The notes under the pieces: model-generated
Databases searched by the model: none
What the model was told of the DNA's origin: nothing
Seen by the model: the letters and a program-made list of their open reading frames with translations, nothing else
Shown: positions 1 through 9,597 of the stretch, one piece after another
Layout of the letters: each line of letters begins with the position of its first letter
How positions within the stretch are numbered: position 1 is the stretch's first letter
Position numbers and translations under genes: made by a program
Assembly: GCA_963780185.1 (NCBI GenBank)
Contig: CAWABA010000009.1
Coordinates: 231,120-295,119, forward strand
DNA from: Candidatus Bathyarchaeota archaeon
GTDB lineage: Archaea > Thermoproteota > Bathyarchaeia > Bathyarchaeales > Bathycorpusculaceae
DNA length: 64,000 nt
Reading direction: 5' to 3'

Positions 1-604
1 CGGTATCCATATCTTGATCGAAATAATACTTCCAAGTCTGTGTTTCGTTTGAGAAGAAATGAAGTCCTAGAAAGTCGTTTTCTCCTATTGGTGTCGGAAT
101 GCCGTCTATTGTTACAGAAATCAAATCCTGTACAAATGCGAATTCAGGGTCGAACCCACCGCACCCTATTTTGACCAAAATAGTACGCGAACCATCAGGG
201 TATACTGCCTTGCTATAGCTGATCTGAGTTAAATTGCCATTAATTGTTGTATTAAAAACCTTAAAAGGAACATCTATCGTTGATGGTGACTTATTGTTTT
301 TCGAGGAAGAAGGAAATACACTGTTAATATCTGGCTTCGTTAGATTAGCATAGGTTGCCAAACTATTTGCAAAGGAAGGGTTTTGGTGCAGAAACTGGCT
401 GAAATATGTCAGCACGTTAGCTTCTGTCGTCAAAAGACCACGTGACTTCATATAAGCATTGAAGCCGCCCTCAACTTGTTCTCGTATCTTCTCTTGAGGG
501 GTTATTACAGTTTTCAAAGCCGAGGCACGCGGAGCAAAAGCTGCGGAAAATAACGTAATTATCAATAAGATTGTTGCAAAAACTATCTTCTTTTCTCTTT
601 TCAT
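1..604 (-). CDS. Secreted/surface protein, partial (runs off the window start)
   Basis: ATG at 604 preceded by GGAGGTGA RBS; MKREKKIVFATILLIITLFSAAFAPRASA signal peptide; frame open to position 1; not in the ORF track. Confidence 0.75.
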   Translation of the reverse strand, partial: MKREKKIVFATILLIITLFSAAFAPRASALKTVITPQEKIREQVEGGFNAYMKSRGLLTTEANVLTYFSQFLHQNPSFANSLATYANLTKPDINSVFPSSSKNNKSPSTIDVPFKVFNTTINGNLTQISYSKAVYPDGSRTILVKIGCGGFDPEFAFVQDLISVTIDGIPTPIGENDFLGLHFFSNETQTWKYYFDQDMDT

Positions 605-1007
605 GTTCTCACCTCCTTTTAAGCGATCTTCATAAATCTAAAAGAGCGCTCTCAGGTCAGGTATTCTGGCAAGTTAATTTACTTCTATCGGTGTTTACGA
701 ACTCAATATATTGTACAACGCTTATTCAGATTTCACACAAACGATTCAATAATTAACACGGAACCTACCTTTTTTATTTTAATAATTTCCAAAAGAAATT
801 GTGTAATTACATAAAAATGTTCATTTTCTTCATCAAATCATCATTCGTTATCAATCGAAACCGCTTCCGCTAAACCCTTTTTCATGCCATAGATTCATCG
901 CAAGCGCTTAAGTTTCCCAACAACATAACGCCTGCTCCTCTTTAATTCACTTTGTCGAAAAGCTTAAAAGAAAACTGCGACGTAGAATAGAAAGGGGTTA
1001 ATGCGAG

Positions 1008-1223
1008 ATGTCGGGCTCAAGCAGGTTAAAGTCATTTGCAATTCTTGATATAGGCTCTATCATTTTTCTTGCTTTGGATTCTTATCTGTTTTTCACCAAT
1101 GTGATTAGTTTTGGCTTATTTATGAGCTCTCTTATTATTGCAGCAGTTGTTGTCTTCGCTTTAGCCGTTACAATCAAGTATTACTTTAACAAGAAGGCTG
1201 TTCCAGTAAGTCGTTTGGGCTAA
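1008..1223 (+). CDS. Small membrane protein (2 TM)
   Basis: 71 aa, two hydrophobic stretches, basic tail. Confidence 0.55.
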   Translation: MSGSSRLKSFAILDIGSIIFLALDSYLFFTNVISFGLFMSSLIIAAVVVFALAVTIKYYFNKKAVPVSRLG

Positions 1224-1360
1224 GAAATTTAAGATTTGTTCTACCTAATCTTCACTTGTGGTCAAACCAGACATAAACCCACTGAAAAACAAGACATTAC
1301 CTGAATGTCGGAAGGGCTTATCCTCGTAAATAAGTAATCTGAATTTACGATTCTTATCAA

Positions 1361-1843
1361 ATGGCAACCCTAATAATCCTGCAGGATAAGCCTGAAGAAA
1401 AAATCCTCGCTATCCTCTGCAACTGGTGCAGCTACGCAGGTGCGGACCTTGCGGGAATCAGCCGCTTCGACTACCCCTCGAGCGTGCGGGCTATTCGTGT
1501 CATGTGCAGCGGTAGGGTTGCGCGGGAATTCATTTTGGAGGCGCTGCGGCTTGGCGCGGGAATGGTTCTCATTGGCGCGTGCCACTTGCCCTATGACTGC
1601 CACTACATTAACGGGAACTTTAAGATGAAAGCGCGAACAGACGCCCTCAAAGGCATGCTAACCAAGCTGGGCATGAGTCCCGAACGGTTCCGTGTCGAAT
1701 ACGTTTCCGCCGCAGAAGGCATTCGATACGCTGAAGTCATCAAGGAAATCGACGAGCAACGAAAAGCGCTCGGCTTAGCGAAGATTCAAGCGGAAAACGC
1801 GAAGCTAAAGCCAATCTTGGAAAACATGCTTAAAAGAAAGTAA
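1361..1843 (+). CDS. mvhD: Methyl-viologen-reducing hydrogenase delta subunit (MvhD/FlpD, [2Fe-2S])
   Basis: CNWCSYAGADLAG, RVMCSGRV and GACHLPYDCHYINGN motifs. Confidence 0.92.
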   Translation: MATLIILQDKPEEKILAILCNWCSYAGADLAGISRFDYPSSVRAIRVMCSGRVAREFILEALRLGAGMVLIGACHLPYDCHYINGNFKMKARTDALKGMLTKLGMSPERFRVEYVSAAEGIRYAEVIKEIDEQRKALGLAKIQAENAKLKPILENMLKRK

Positions 1844-1862
1844 GGCAGCTTTTCTTTTTTCT

Positions 1863-2037
1863 TTATTTGCTTGCTTTTTTGAACCAGGCTAACCCGATTA
1901 CGATGACGGCTGCGGCTGCCAAAACGGCTATTGGGTTGATGCTTTGAAGTGCCGCGTAGCCTTCGGCGAAAACTGCAGTTAGGGTTACAGAGTGAAATAA
2001 CGATTACCGTGCTTACGGCTATGGTTTTGTGGCTCAC
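1863..2037 (-). CDS. Small 2-TM membrane protein, one frameshift
   Basis: MSHKTIAVSTVIVISL continues after a 1-nt shift as VTLTAVFAEGYAALQSINPIAVLAAAAVIVIGLAWFKKASK*. Confidence 0.45.
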
Positions 2038-2195
2038 GTTCCGTTCCCTGCCTGCATGTGCACCTGTTAAGGACGGTGTTTTTTGATTTAATGCTACGTA
2101 TTAGAACAGGGTGTTCAAAATGTAGGACAGGTTTTGCCTTCAAAATTTCTAAACAAGAAAAATTTGATTTATATTTGTTTAAAAGGGAAAGGAGC

Positions 2196-2495
2196 TTAAT
2201 CCTCTTCTTCGCCAGTTATTCGTTCTTTGACTTTCAGGAGGTTCTCTGCGCCGCCGATGACTCTGAACCGCTCTGTCAGCTCGTGTTTATGCAGGAATTT
2301 TTTGACTGTTACGCGGATGTATTTTTTGCTGAGTGCTTCGCCTTGACCTTTAATCGTGACCATTTCGGATGCTAGCGTTACTTCTCCGCCTGTTTTGTCC
2401 TTGAGGAAATCTGACAGCTTCGAAATCAAGTCTTTCTCGTGGCCTTTAAGTTCTGACGCGTCAACCTTCATCTCAACCGTTTTCGTTTCAACCAT
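2196..2495 (-). CDS. rpl22e: Ribosomal protein eL22 (L22e) homolog
   Basis: 99 aa; SKKYIRVTVKKFLHKHELTERFRVI resembles the eL22 C-terminal signature (SKRYLKYLTKKYLKK..LRD.LRV); GAGGTGA RBS. Confidence 0.8.
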   Translation of the reverse strand: MVETKTVEMKVDASELKGHEKDLISKLSDFLKDKTGGEVTLASEMVTIKGQGEALSKKYIRVTVKKFLHKHELTERFRVIGGAENLLKVKERITGEEED

Positions 2496-2637
2496 TTCTT
2501 GTTCACCTCGATTACGTGCGCCTAAAGCATATGCTTAACCATCCACTTCACGGATGCTTCACAGATAAGTTTTCCGCTCGCCCCCTTTTCTTTTGTATGT
2601 AATCTGAGTTTAAAGGGGTTTTTGGGCGTGTTTTTTT

Positions 2638-2674
2638 AAGTTGAGACTTTTGTTTTGGTGAAAGTTGAGACTTT
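2638..2674. repeat. 13-bp direct repeat AAGTTGAGACTTT x2
   Basis: Copies at 2638-2650 and 2662-2674. Confidence 0.6.
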
Positions 2675-2769
2675 CGCGTCTTGGTTCTTTTGGTTTTGGG
2701 TTGCTTTTTTGGTTTGGGGCGTGAATTGTGTTGCGGGGTGCCCATTTGGGATGGGCGGTTGCGACTTTG

Positions 2770-2786
2770 TATGTTGACTCAACATA
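2770..2786. promoter_or_regulatory. 17-bp palindrome TATGTTGA-C-TCAACATA, possible operator
   Basis: Perfect 8-bp arms in intergenic DNA; function not shown. Confidence 0.3.
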
Positions 2787-3187
2787 GATGGCATTGTCGC
2801 TTATTGTCGGTTACGGGCGGATTTTGCGGGTCCTTCGCGCCGAAGCCTTATCCAATCGAAGCCCTTGGCGAGTAGACATATTGATGCTGACTCAAAAAAG
2901 CTGGCTCAAGGACAAAGAAAGCTTTGGGAGCACAGGTTTGACGTCGATTATTTCTGCCTGATGCTGGTGAAGACCCGTTCAAAACAACAAAAAGAACGTA
3001 GCCAAAATTACGCGGCACCAGATAAGCCGAAGAGTTCTGTGAATGAATAAGCGGTTAGAAAAGGAGTTTGGGGAGAGTTTAGTTGAGAAACGCGGTTGGC
3101 ATCGGGTACTACCAGTTTTGGTTTAGAAACATGGGGCGAGGCGAGTCTACGCAACCTCAAAGCACAGATTATGGGTTGAGCTAGTTT

Positions 3188-4390
3188 TCAGCACTGTTTT
3201 GTTGGAGTGTTTGAAAAATGCTTTTTGCTGCGACTCAGAGTTAGGATGGCACCTATTTGTAGTGGCAAGGCAAAACCAACCAAAATAATCATCGAGTACC
3301 CTTCATTTAGGAAATAGCCAAATATCACACCGCTAACAAGCGTGCCAAAACCTAAAACCGCGTTAAAAATCCCATATGCCGTGCCTCTTCTGCCAAGCGG
3401 AACTAACTCGCATACAGCAGCTCGGTAAATCGATTCCTGCATGCCCAAAACCAAACCAAACGTTACGCAAGCAACAACAACGCCGACAAGACCATTATAT
3501 GAAACAAACAAGACAGGCAACACTGACAAGGCAAAAGGGAAAATGAGAATTTTGACTCCCAGCTTATCGAATAGGTGACCAGATACCAGAGCCATTGGTG
3601 CATCAACTGCCTGCACTACCACGTAGAGAATAGGCACCATCCATGCTTGACCCAATGGCTGAAGAATTGAAGAGCCAACAAAAAGTATAAGCGCAACTGG
3701 AATAAGCCCCAAGGTGTTAAGAAAAACCGCTAAATTATAGAACCAAAAACCACGGCTAAGCGGCAACTTTTCTATCTTAATGTTTTGAACCTGAACTTCT
3801 ACGTTTTTGCCGACTTTTCGGTAAGTATAAACTAATACTATCATCATTAGAACAAAAGGAATCAGAAGAACTCCAAAGGCTGCCTGGTAATTGTTTGAGT
3901 TGTAGAATAATACGGCTGCAAAAAGCAGGGGACCAATTACGGCTCCGATTTGGTCGACGGCTTCGTGGAGTCCGAAGGCTTTTCCAGAGCCAACGTCTTT
4001 GCCTATTATGGACACAACTGTGTCTCTTGACGGTGACCTCAAAGCCTTGCCTAAGCGCTCAAGCAAAATCAACGCTATCACCAGTGCGAGGCTGTAGGTG
4101 AAGCCCATAAGCGGTATTGCAAGGATTAAGCCGTATCCGATGAAGATGAAGACCCAGTAGGCTTTACTTTTGTCAGACAAAGCTCCGGTGATTAGTCTTG
4201 CCCCGTATCCTAAGAATTCGCCAGCTCCACTTACAACGCCCACCATAAGTGCTGAGGCGCCAAGAAACAACAAATAATCAGGCGCAATTCCTCTTCCTGA
4301 TTCGTAGACTATGTCCCCTAGCATACTTACGATTCCCAACATGAGGATTGCCATGTAAGCAGTTCTCTTGGAAACCTTGCTGTCAGCCAA
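3188..4390 (-). CDS. MFS transporter
   Basis: 400 aa, about 12 TM; GALSDK and ERLGKALRSPSRD motifs. Confidence 0.9.
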   Translation of the reverse strand: MADSKVSKRTAYMAILMLGIVSMLGDIVYESGRGIAPDYLLFLGASALMVGVVSGAGEFLGYGARLITGALSDKSKAYWVFIFIGYGLILAIPLMGFTYSLALVIALILLERLGKALRSPSRDTVVSIIGKDVGSGKAFGLHEAVDQIGAVIGPLLFAAVLFYNSNNYQAAFGVLLIPFVLMMIVLVYTYRKVGKNVEVQVQNIKIEKLPLSRGFWFYNLAVFLNTLGLIPVALILFVGSSILQPLGQAWMVPILYVVVQAVDAPMALVSGHLFDKLGVKILIFPFALSVLPVLFVSYNGLVGVVVACVTFGLVLGMQESIYRAAVCELVPLGRRGTAYGIFNAVLGFGTLVSGVIFGYFLNEGYSMIILVGFALPLQIGAILTLSRSKKHFSNTPTKQC

Positions 4391-4552
4391 ATTTGCCGTC
4401 TCTTTTAAAGAGAGGCATGTTAAAAGACGCTAATAGTACTTTTGTACAACATGAAAAACGTAATCAATAAGCGATTGGAGAAACAGCGCGCCCCCAAGAG
4501 ATAAACGGTAAATGGACCTACAAGTAGATACAGGGGCAATGTAAAATATTTG

Positions 4553-4771
4553 TCATTGCTTTGAGACGGTGCAATAACCTTTTTCCTTGTTAAATTCTAT
4601 CGTTAGTTTTCTTTCAGCTATAAATCGCCTTAATGCTTGAATATAATAATCTCCCTTTAAGATGAGATCAAATTTTTCATGTTTGTTTGGTTCAAGGTCA
4701 ACCAAAGAGGGTAGGGCTAAATTAAGAACTATCAATTCCTTTAACAGTGCTACTGCCTCTGACCTTTCCAA
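4553..4771 (-). CDS. Small hypothetical protein
   Basis: 72 aa MERSEAVALLKEL...; a similar N-terminus (MKRKDAAALLKD) occurs at 35496. Confidence 0.55.
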   Translation of the reverse strand: MERSEAVALLKELIVLNLALPSLVDLEPNKHEKFDLILKGDYYIQALRRFIAERKLTIEFNKEKGYCTVSKQ

Positions 4772-5113
4772 TTGTACGTACCCTTATACACTTTAGCGGC
4801 TATTAAACAATATATGGTTTGCGGAAGACAGTTAACAGAACTTAGTTATTCACCCAAGAAGACCAAGACCCAAAATCGGTAATTTTTAATGATGATTTAT
4901 TTTCTGCACTGAATTTGGCAGGGAAAAAAGAAAAGACATTTAGTTGAATTTTTCCTTGGTTTAGATCGAAAAGCCTCTCAAAATTGGGGAGTCTGCACGG
5001 CTTTGGGTGGCGCTTTGTGGTTTTCAACATTGAACCAACATAGGCAGCGTTGGCGGTTTTGAGCGGATGGAATTCTTTCGGGTGTCCACGGGCTCTTAAC
5101 GGAAACGCGGGCT

Positions 5114-5899
5114 TCACTCGGGCTTCAAAGGCCGCGTAGCATATGCCACGAACACCGCGAGTCTGTCGAGTGGGTAGAACAGCAGCATCGAGGGAACGCC
5201 TGTTTTCCTTGCGATGTCAAGCGCGCGGAGGGGGCTGTGGAGGAAAATTTTGAAGCAGCCAACCTTTTCGCTTCTGGTGTAGCTGGGCAGCGACAGCATG
5301 TGGATGCGCATATCGTGCTGCACGGTTTCAGGCAGGTTGCCACGTGTGATGTGGTTGCTGACGACGTCGCCCAACACACTCCAGTGGTACCCGTCCACCA
5401 TCATCCTTGCGGGGCTGTGGGTTTCGTCGAACCCGAATTTCCGCACAACCGCCGTCCGACAAAGGTTGTTGTCTACGCTGCGTTTGTCAGGTTGGCGCCC
5501 ATATTCGTAAGCGTCAAGTTTGCGCAGCCTCGGCTCGGTGGATAGCCTGATGCCTTGCACGACGCCTACATGCGGATCCATCATGGCTGCGGAGGCTCTG
5601 CGCCACCAACTGCGGCTCAAAAGCACATCATGCTCAAAACACGCGAATAGAGACGTCGAGACGAGGCTCAGAGCATTCTGCTTATTGGCCTGCAACCCTT
5701 TGCCCCTGTTGAGGTGGACTTCCCAGCCCAGTTCCCGTGCGATTTTGGCGGTTTGGTCGGCGCTGTGGTCGTCGCTGATGATTTTTTTGTTGACGTATTC
5801 TGTGGGTATGACTTCGTTGATGCGGGCAAGCACGGTGGGCAGAAGCTTGGCGCTGTTGTAAGTCCACATAATCAAGTCGATTTTACCGTTTTCCGCCAT
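5114..5899 (-). CDS. Glycosyltransferase family 2 (GT-A)
   Basis: DLIMWTYNS, SDDHSADQT, FEHD (DxD-like); visibly GC-richer than flanks. Confidence 0.8.
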   Translation of the reverse strand: MAENGKIDLIMWTYNSAKLLPTVLARINEVIPTEYVNKKIISDDHSADQTAKIARELGWEVHLNRGKGLQANKQNALSLVSTSLFACFEHDVLLSRSWWRRASAAMMDPHVGVVQGIRLSTEPRLRKLDAYEYGRQPDKRSVDNNLCRTAVVRKFGFDETHSPARMMVDGYHWSVLGDVVSNHITRGNLPETVQHDMRIHMLSLPSYTRSEKVGCFKIFLHSPLRALDIARKTGVPSMLLFYPLDRLAVFVAYATRPLKPE

Positions 5900-6319
5900 C
5901 TGTGAGAATTACCTGCCAGCGTTTTGGGGTAGACGCAAGGTACAGTTGATAGCAAAGGCAAAAAAGACGTATTTAATAGTTGCTAAATGGTTGCCGCTTC
6001 GGTCCTTCTCTCCGCTTACTTTGGGTTATGGTCGTCAGTTCGCCCGAGGAGCCCACATTTTTGGGCTGTAAAGTCATAACATAAGAAATAGAGCTGGAAG
6101 TTTAGCTAGAAGTTTTCTGATATTAGCAAATCCTCATTTGCATTTAAAGCAGAAAAACCTTCCGAGGATTCTAACGAGCATCGATCCAACGAGGTAGATT
6201 GTTCAAAAACTAACATTCACAATTAATTCTCAACTTACGCTACCTGACAATCCATTTTATATTGAGCACTTGCGTAATCCAAAATCTTAAAAGTAAATAT
6301 CATCCACATAATCTATTTC

Positions 6320-7837
6320 ATGGAAGAAAAAAGAATAGCTATCCCGCAACTCTCATTTTCAAAGATAATCAGAGACTACATTCACGGCTATATTCATTTG
6401 ACAAACGTTGAGTACCAACTTATTCAGCTACCTGCACTGAACAGACTTCACAACATCAAACAGTTAGCAACAGCCTATCTAGTGTACCCTTGCGCTAAAG
6501 CAACAAGATTTGAGCATTCACTGGGCGTCATGCACATTGCTTCTCGAATGTTTAATCAGGTGCTTCTTTCCACAAGTCAAGAAGACCTCAAAACACTTTT
6601 TGGATTAGACCCGAAAGAGAACGATAAGTTTCAAACAACTTGTCTTCGGCTGATCCAGCTAGTCAGGTTGGCTGCTTTGCTCCACGATGTCGGCCACGGA
6701 CCCTATTCTCATGCCACTGAAGGAATACTCGGGGCGTCACTCGATCCAACAGAGATTGATGAAGCCAAAAAGTTATTCAAGTGCGAAAAGGGAAAAATTC
6801 CTTTTCACGAGTACTTCTCTTACAAAATGATTACAGATGAACAAAGCGAGATTAGGAAAGTAATTGAAAATGACCAAATAGGCATTAAAGCCGTTGACAT
6901 TGGCAACGTCTTATTGGGAAAAGAAAGCGCCTCAATCCCACACGAGGGAATGGGTGCTATCAAAAAGCTGATTTCCAGTCAACTCGACGCAGATCGGATG
7001 GATTACCTTTCAAGAGATGCCTATGCCACGGGTGCAATTTTCGGTCAGACCGATATTGACAGAGTAATAATGAATCTCAGCATAAGAAAAGACAAACTTG
7101 GCAAATTCGAACTCGCTGTTCACGAACGAGCGCTTATGACTATCGAAGACATATTAGACGCCCGCTTTAAAATGTACAAATGGGTCTATTATCACCACTT
7201 AATAGTGGCATTGGACAAGCTTCTGGAAACTGAAATATCCTCAATGATAGAAGAGGAAAGAATTCAATATTCTGACTTTCACTGGAAAACTTTCTTGAAC
7301 GGACAAACAGATGAAGCTTTGATTAGTTCAAGAATTGACCTCTCAGATAAGAATCCCTACAGAGGCCTAATCGATCGAAGGTATGCACCGACTTCATTAT
7401 TGAAGAGGACGGCAGACCATGCCAATTTTATCGATATGATCAAAGCAGAGATGGGGCGAGAGACGACCAACAGCGCAATGGTCGAAAGAATACAAAAGTG
7501 GTTAACAAAAATGAATATGGGAGACTTCTCGCTGACAATACCACAGGACAAAGGCTTTGAAGCGTTAGAAAAGATTCAGCTATTCGGTGTTCAGAGACCT
7601 CGCTCACCGTACAAAGAATTAGACAATACAGAAAACATTTGGGTTTATAATGACACAGATGGCGAACTAAAGGAACTGATAACACAATCTGCATATGCGA
7701 ACGCTATTAACAACGAATGGCTAACATTTCCGTCGTATTTTATTGCCTTCATAATCCCTAATATGAAAAAGGATGAAACAAAAAAATACAGAAAAGAGAT
7801 TCTGAAATTGATTGCGAGTGAGATTGCATCAATTTAA
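6320..7837 (+). CDS. HD-domain dNTP triphosphohydrolase-like protein (SAMHD1/YwfO-like)
   Basis: IRDYIHG, RLHNIKQL, RFEHSLG, LLHDVGHGPYSH, HE, LDADRMDYLSRD and MYKWVYYH motifs. Confidence 0.88.
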   Translation: MEEKRIAIPQLSFSKIIRDYIHGYIHLTNVEYQLIQLPALNRLHNIKQLATAYLVYPCAKATRFEHSLGVMHIASRMFNQVLLSTSQEDLKTLFGLDPKENDKFQTTCLRLIQLVRLAALLHDVGHGPYSHATEGILGASLDPTEIDEAKKLFKCEKGKIPFHEYFSYKMITDEQSEIRKVIENDQIGIKAVDIGNVLLGKESASIPHEGMGAIKKLISSQLDADRMDYLSRDAYATGAIFGQTDIDRVIMNLSIRKDKLGKFELAVHERALMTIEDILDARFKMYKWVYYHHLIVALDKLLETEISSMIEEERIQYSDFHWKTFLNGQTDEALISSRIDLSDKNPYRGLIDRRYAPTSLLKRTADHANFIDMIKAEMGRETTNSAMVERIQKWLTKMNMGDFSLTIPQDKGFEALEKIQLFGVQRPRSPYKELDNTENIWVYNDTDGELKELITQSAYANAINNEWLTFPSYFIAFIIPNMKKDETKKYRKEILKLIASEIASI

Positions 7838-7938
7838 CAATTCTTCGATTTTTCTACCTCGACAGGTTTGCCTATGCTCACTTTTCCGGGATTAATAGTA
7901 ATGAAACATTTAATCTTAACTCGTTTTCCTTCTGCCAT
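7834..7938 (-). CDS. Possible 34-aa micro-ORF
   Basis: MAEGKRVKIKCFITINPGKVSIGKPVEVEKSKNC*, convergent with and overlapping the HD gene stop. Confidence 0.25.
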   Translation of the reverse strand: MAEGKRVKIKCFITINPGKVSIGKPVEVEKSKNC

Positions 7939-8194
7939 ACGCACAAACGCCTTCTTTTAATTGTTGGTTTTCACTATCAGTGAAACAATCATAAAAGATT
8001 TGTGTTATTCTTCGTTAACTATTCGAAACACAAAATAATGAAAAAAAGATAGGAACATGTTTAAACTATTTTAATAACCGCAATAAAACTGAAAAGCAAC
8101 ATGTTAATTTTTTCCGATTAAGGATTCTATACGATAAATACATGTGGAGTAAGAGTATGCCTGTCTTGAGTAGGGCAGCACATAAACTTTTGTT

Positions 8195-8259
8195 TTGTCA
8201 GTTCGCCCGTCGAGTCAATATCACCGCTGTGGCTCAGTGACTCTAGTGCTCATCATCCG
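8195..8259 (-). ncRNA. Box C/D methylation guide sRNA (predicted target 16S rRNA C1402, E. coli numbering)
   Basis: Minus strand: C box ATGATGA (8256-8250), D' CTGA (8237-8234), C'-like GTGATAT (8224-8218), guide CGACGGGCGAA, D CTGA (8201-8198); guide complements the conserved 16S CGCCCGUC; promoter-like AAAAGCCTTAAG about 25 nt upstream. Confidence 0.8.
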
Positions 8260-8465
8260 AAAAGTGGATGCGCAACAGAACTTAAGGCTTTTACGCTGGG
8301 CACCACGGGGTAGGCGGCCTTTGGTGAGATAATGCATATGGAAACCTTTGATGAAACTCGAAAGTCGAGACGCTGGCAGAAAAAGCATATATGACTTAAA
8401 CGCCAATCTTGAGACGGCACTGGTGAATTAAGACGGCTTCAAATGGCGCTGAAGGAAACGATGGG

Positions 8466-9572
8466 ATGGTTGTTACTCCGTGGGAAGTAAAAGGCAAAGT
8501 AGACTACGAACGCCTCATACGCGAGTTCGGCACCCAACCAATCACAAACGAGCTGCTGAGCAAAATAGAAAAACACACGGGCAAGTTGCACCTGCAGCTT
8601 GAAAGACAGATTTTCTTCAGCCACCGCGACCTCGACACCGTGCTTGACCTATACGATAAAGGCATAAAATTCGTCCTCTACACGGGCAGAGGACCCTCAG
8701 GACCCGTACATATCGGGCATCTTGTGCCGTGGATTTTCACGCTTCATATTCAGCAGAAATTTGGCACGCGGCTTTATTTCCAGATGACTGACGACGAAAA
8801 ATTCCTAATAGACGACGACGCCAGCCTCAAAGAAACAGCCAAATACTCCTACGAAAACGCGCTGGACCTTATCGCGCTGGGGTTCAAGCCTGAAGACACC
8901 TTCATCATCTACGACACCAAAGATATTGATTTGCTCTACGACATCGCCCTTGACGTAGCCAAACACATCACATACAGCACGGCACGGAGCAGCTTCGGCT
9001 TCCAAGACAGCACCAACATCGGCTGGGTCATGTGGCCAGCCATCCAAGCCGCACCATGCTTCATCCACAAAAAACTCACAGGCGAAAACGTCCCCGCACT
9101 CATCCCCGCAGCCATCGACCAAGACCCGTACTGGCGAGTAACCAGAGACATAGCGCAGAAACTCGGCTACTACAAACCCGCCCAAATCCACTGCCGCTTC
9201 CTACCGGGGCTTGGCGCTGGGGGAAAAATGAGTTCGTCGATGCCTGAAACCAGCATATTCACCATGGATCCGCCTGACGTGGTTAAGAAGAAGATTTGGA
9301 ACGCTTTCACAGGCGGCAAGGGCACGGCGGCTGAGCAGCGGAAAACGGGCGCTGACCCCGCGGTATGCAGCATCTTCCAATATTACTTTTACCTGTTCGA
9401 AGAAGACAGCGGCAAGCTGGCGGAGCGGGAACGCAGATGCAGAGGCGGCGAAATGCTATGCGGCGAATGCAAAAAGGACATCGCGGAAAAACTCAACAAG
9501 TTCCTCGAAGCACACAGGGAACGACGGGAAAAAGCCAAAGACGTCATCGAACAATACCACATAAAACGATGA
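8466..9572 (+). CDS. trpS: Tryptophanyl-tRNA synthetase
   Basis: VTPWEV, YTGRGPSG, HIGH, AIDQDPY and KMSSS motifs. Confidence 0.97.
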   Translation: MVVTPWEVKGKVDYERLIREFGTQPITNELLSKIEKHTGKLHLQLERQIFFSHRDLDTVLDLYDKGIKFVLYTGRGPSGPVHIGHLVPWIFTLHIQQKFGTRLYFQMTDDEKFLIDDDASLKETAKYSYENALDLIALGFKPEDTFIIYDTKDIDLLYDIALDVAKHITYSTARSSFGFQDSTNIGWVMWPAIQAAPCFIHKKLTGENVPALIPAAIDQDPYWRVTRDIAQKLGYYKPAQIHCRFLPGLGAGGKMSSSMPETSIFTMDPPDVVKKKIWNAFTGGKGTAAEQRKTGADPAVCSIFQYYFYLFEEDSGKLAERERRCRGGEMLCGECKKDIAEKLNKFLEAHRERREKAKDVIEQYHIKR

Positions 9573-9597
9573 GAAAATTTCTTCTTAGCGAATTCTC

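Larger units (their letters stand above)
6034..8209. mobile_element. Putative integrated cargo segment bounded by 13-bp direct repeats GTCAGTTCGCCCG
   Basis: Repeat at 6034-6046 and 8197-8209; the right copy is the 3' end of a C/D sRNA; AT-rich interior; no integrase seen. Confidence 0.45.

Noticed and set aside
1361-1843. Hydrogenase/heterodisulfide reductase operon
   Set aside because: mvhD stands alone here; no mvhA/G or hdr genes are in the window
2548-3050. Lys-rich and other short ORFs in the eL22-MFS gap
   Set aside because: Low-complexity by-products of T/G-skewed sequence with no motifs or RBS
6025-6080. Integron attC site
   Set aside because: The order is GTT...AAC, opposite to the RYYYAAC...GTTRRRY arrangement, and there is no array or integrase
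8345-8375. Hammerhead ribozyme-like TGATGA...GAAA
   Set aside because: The CUGANGA core and the required stems are not satisfied
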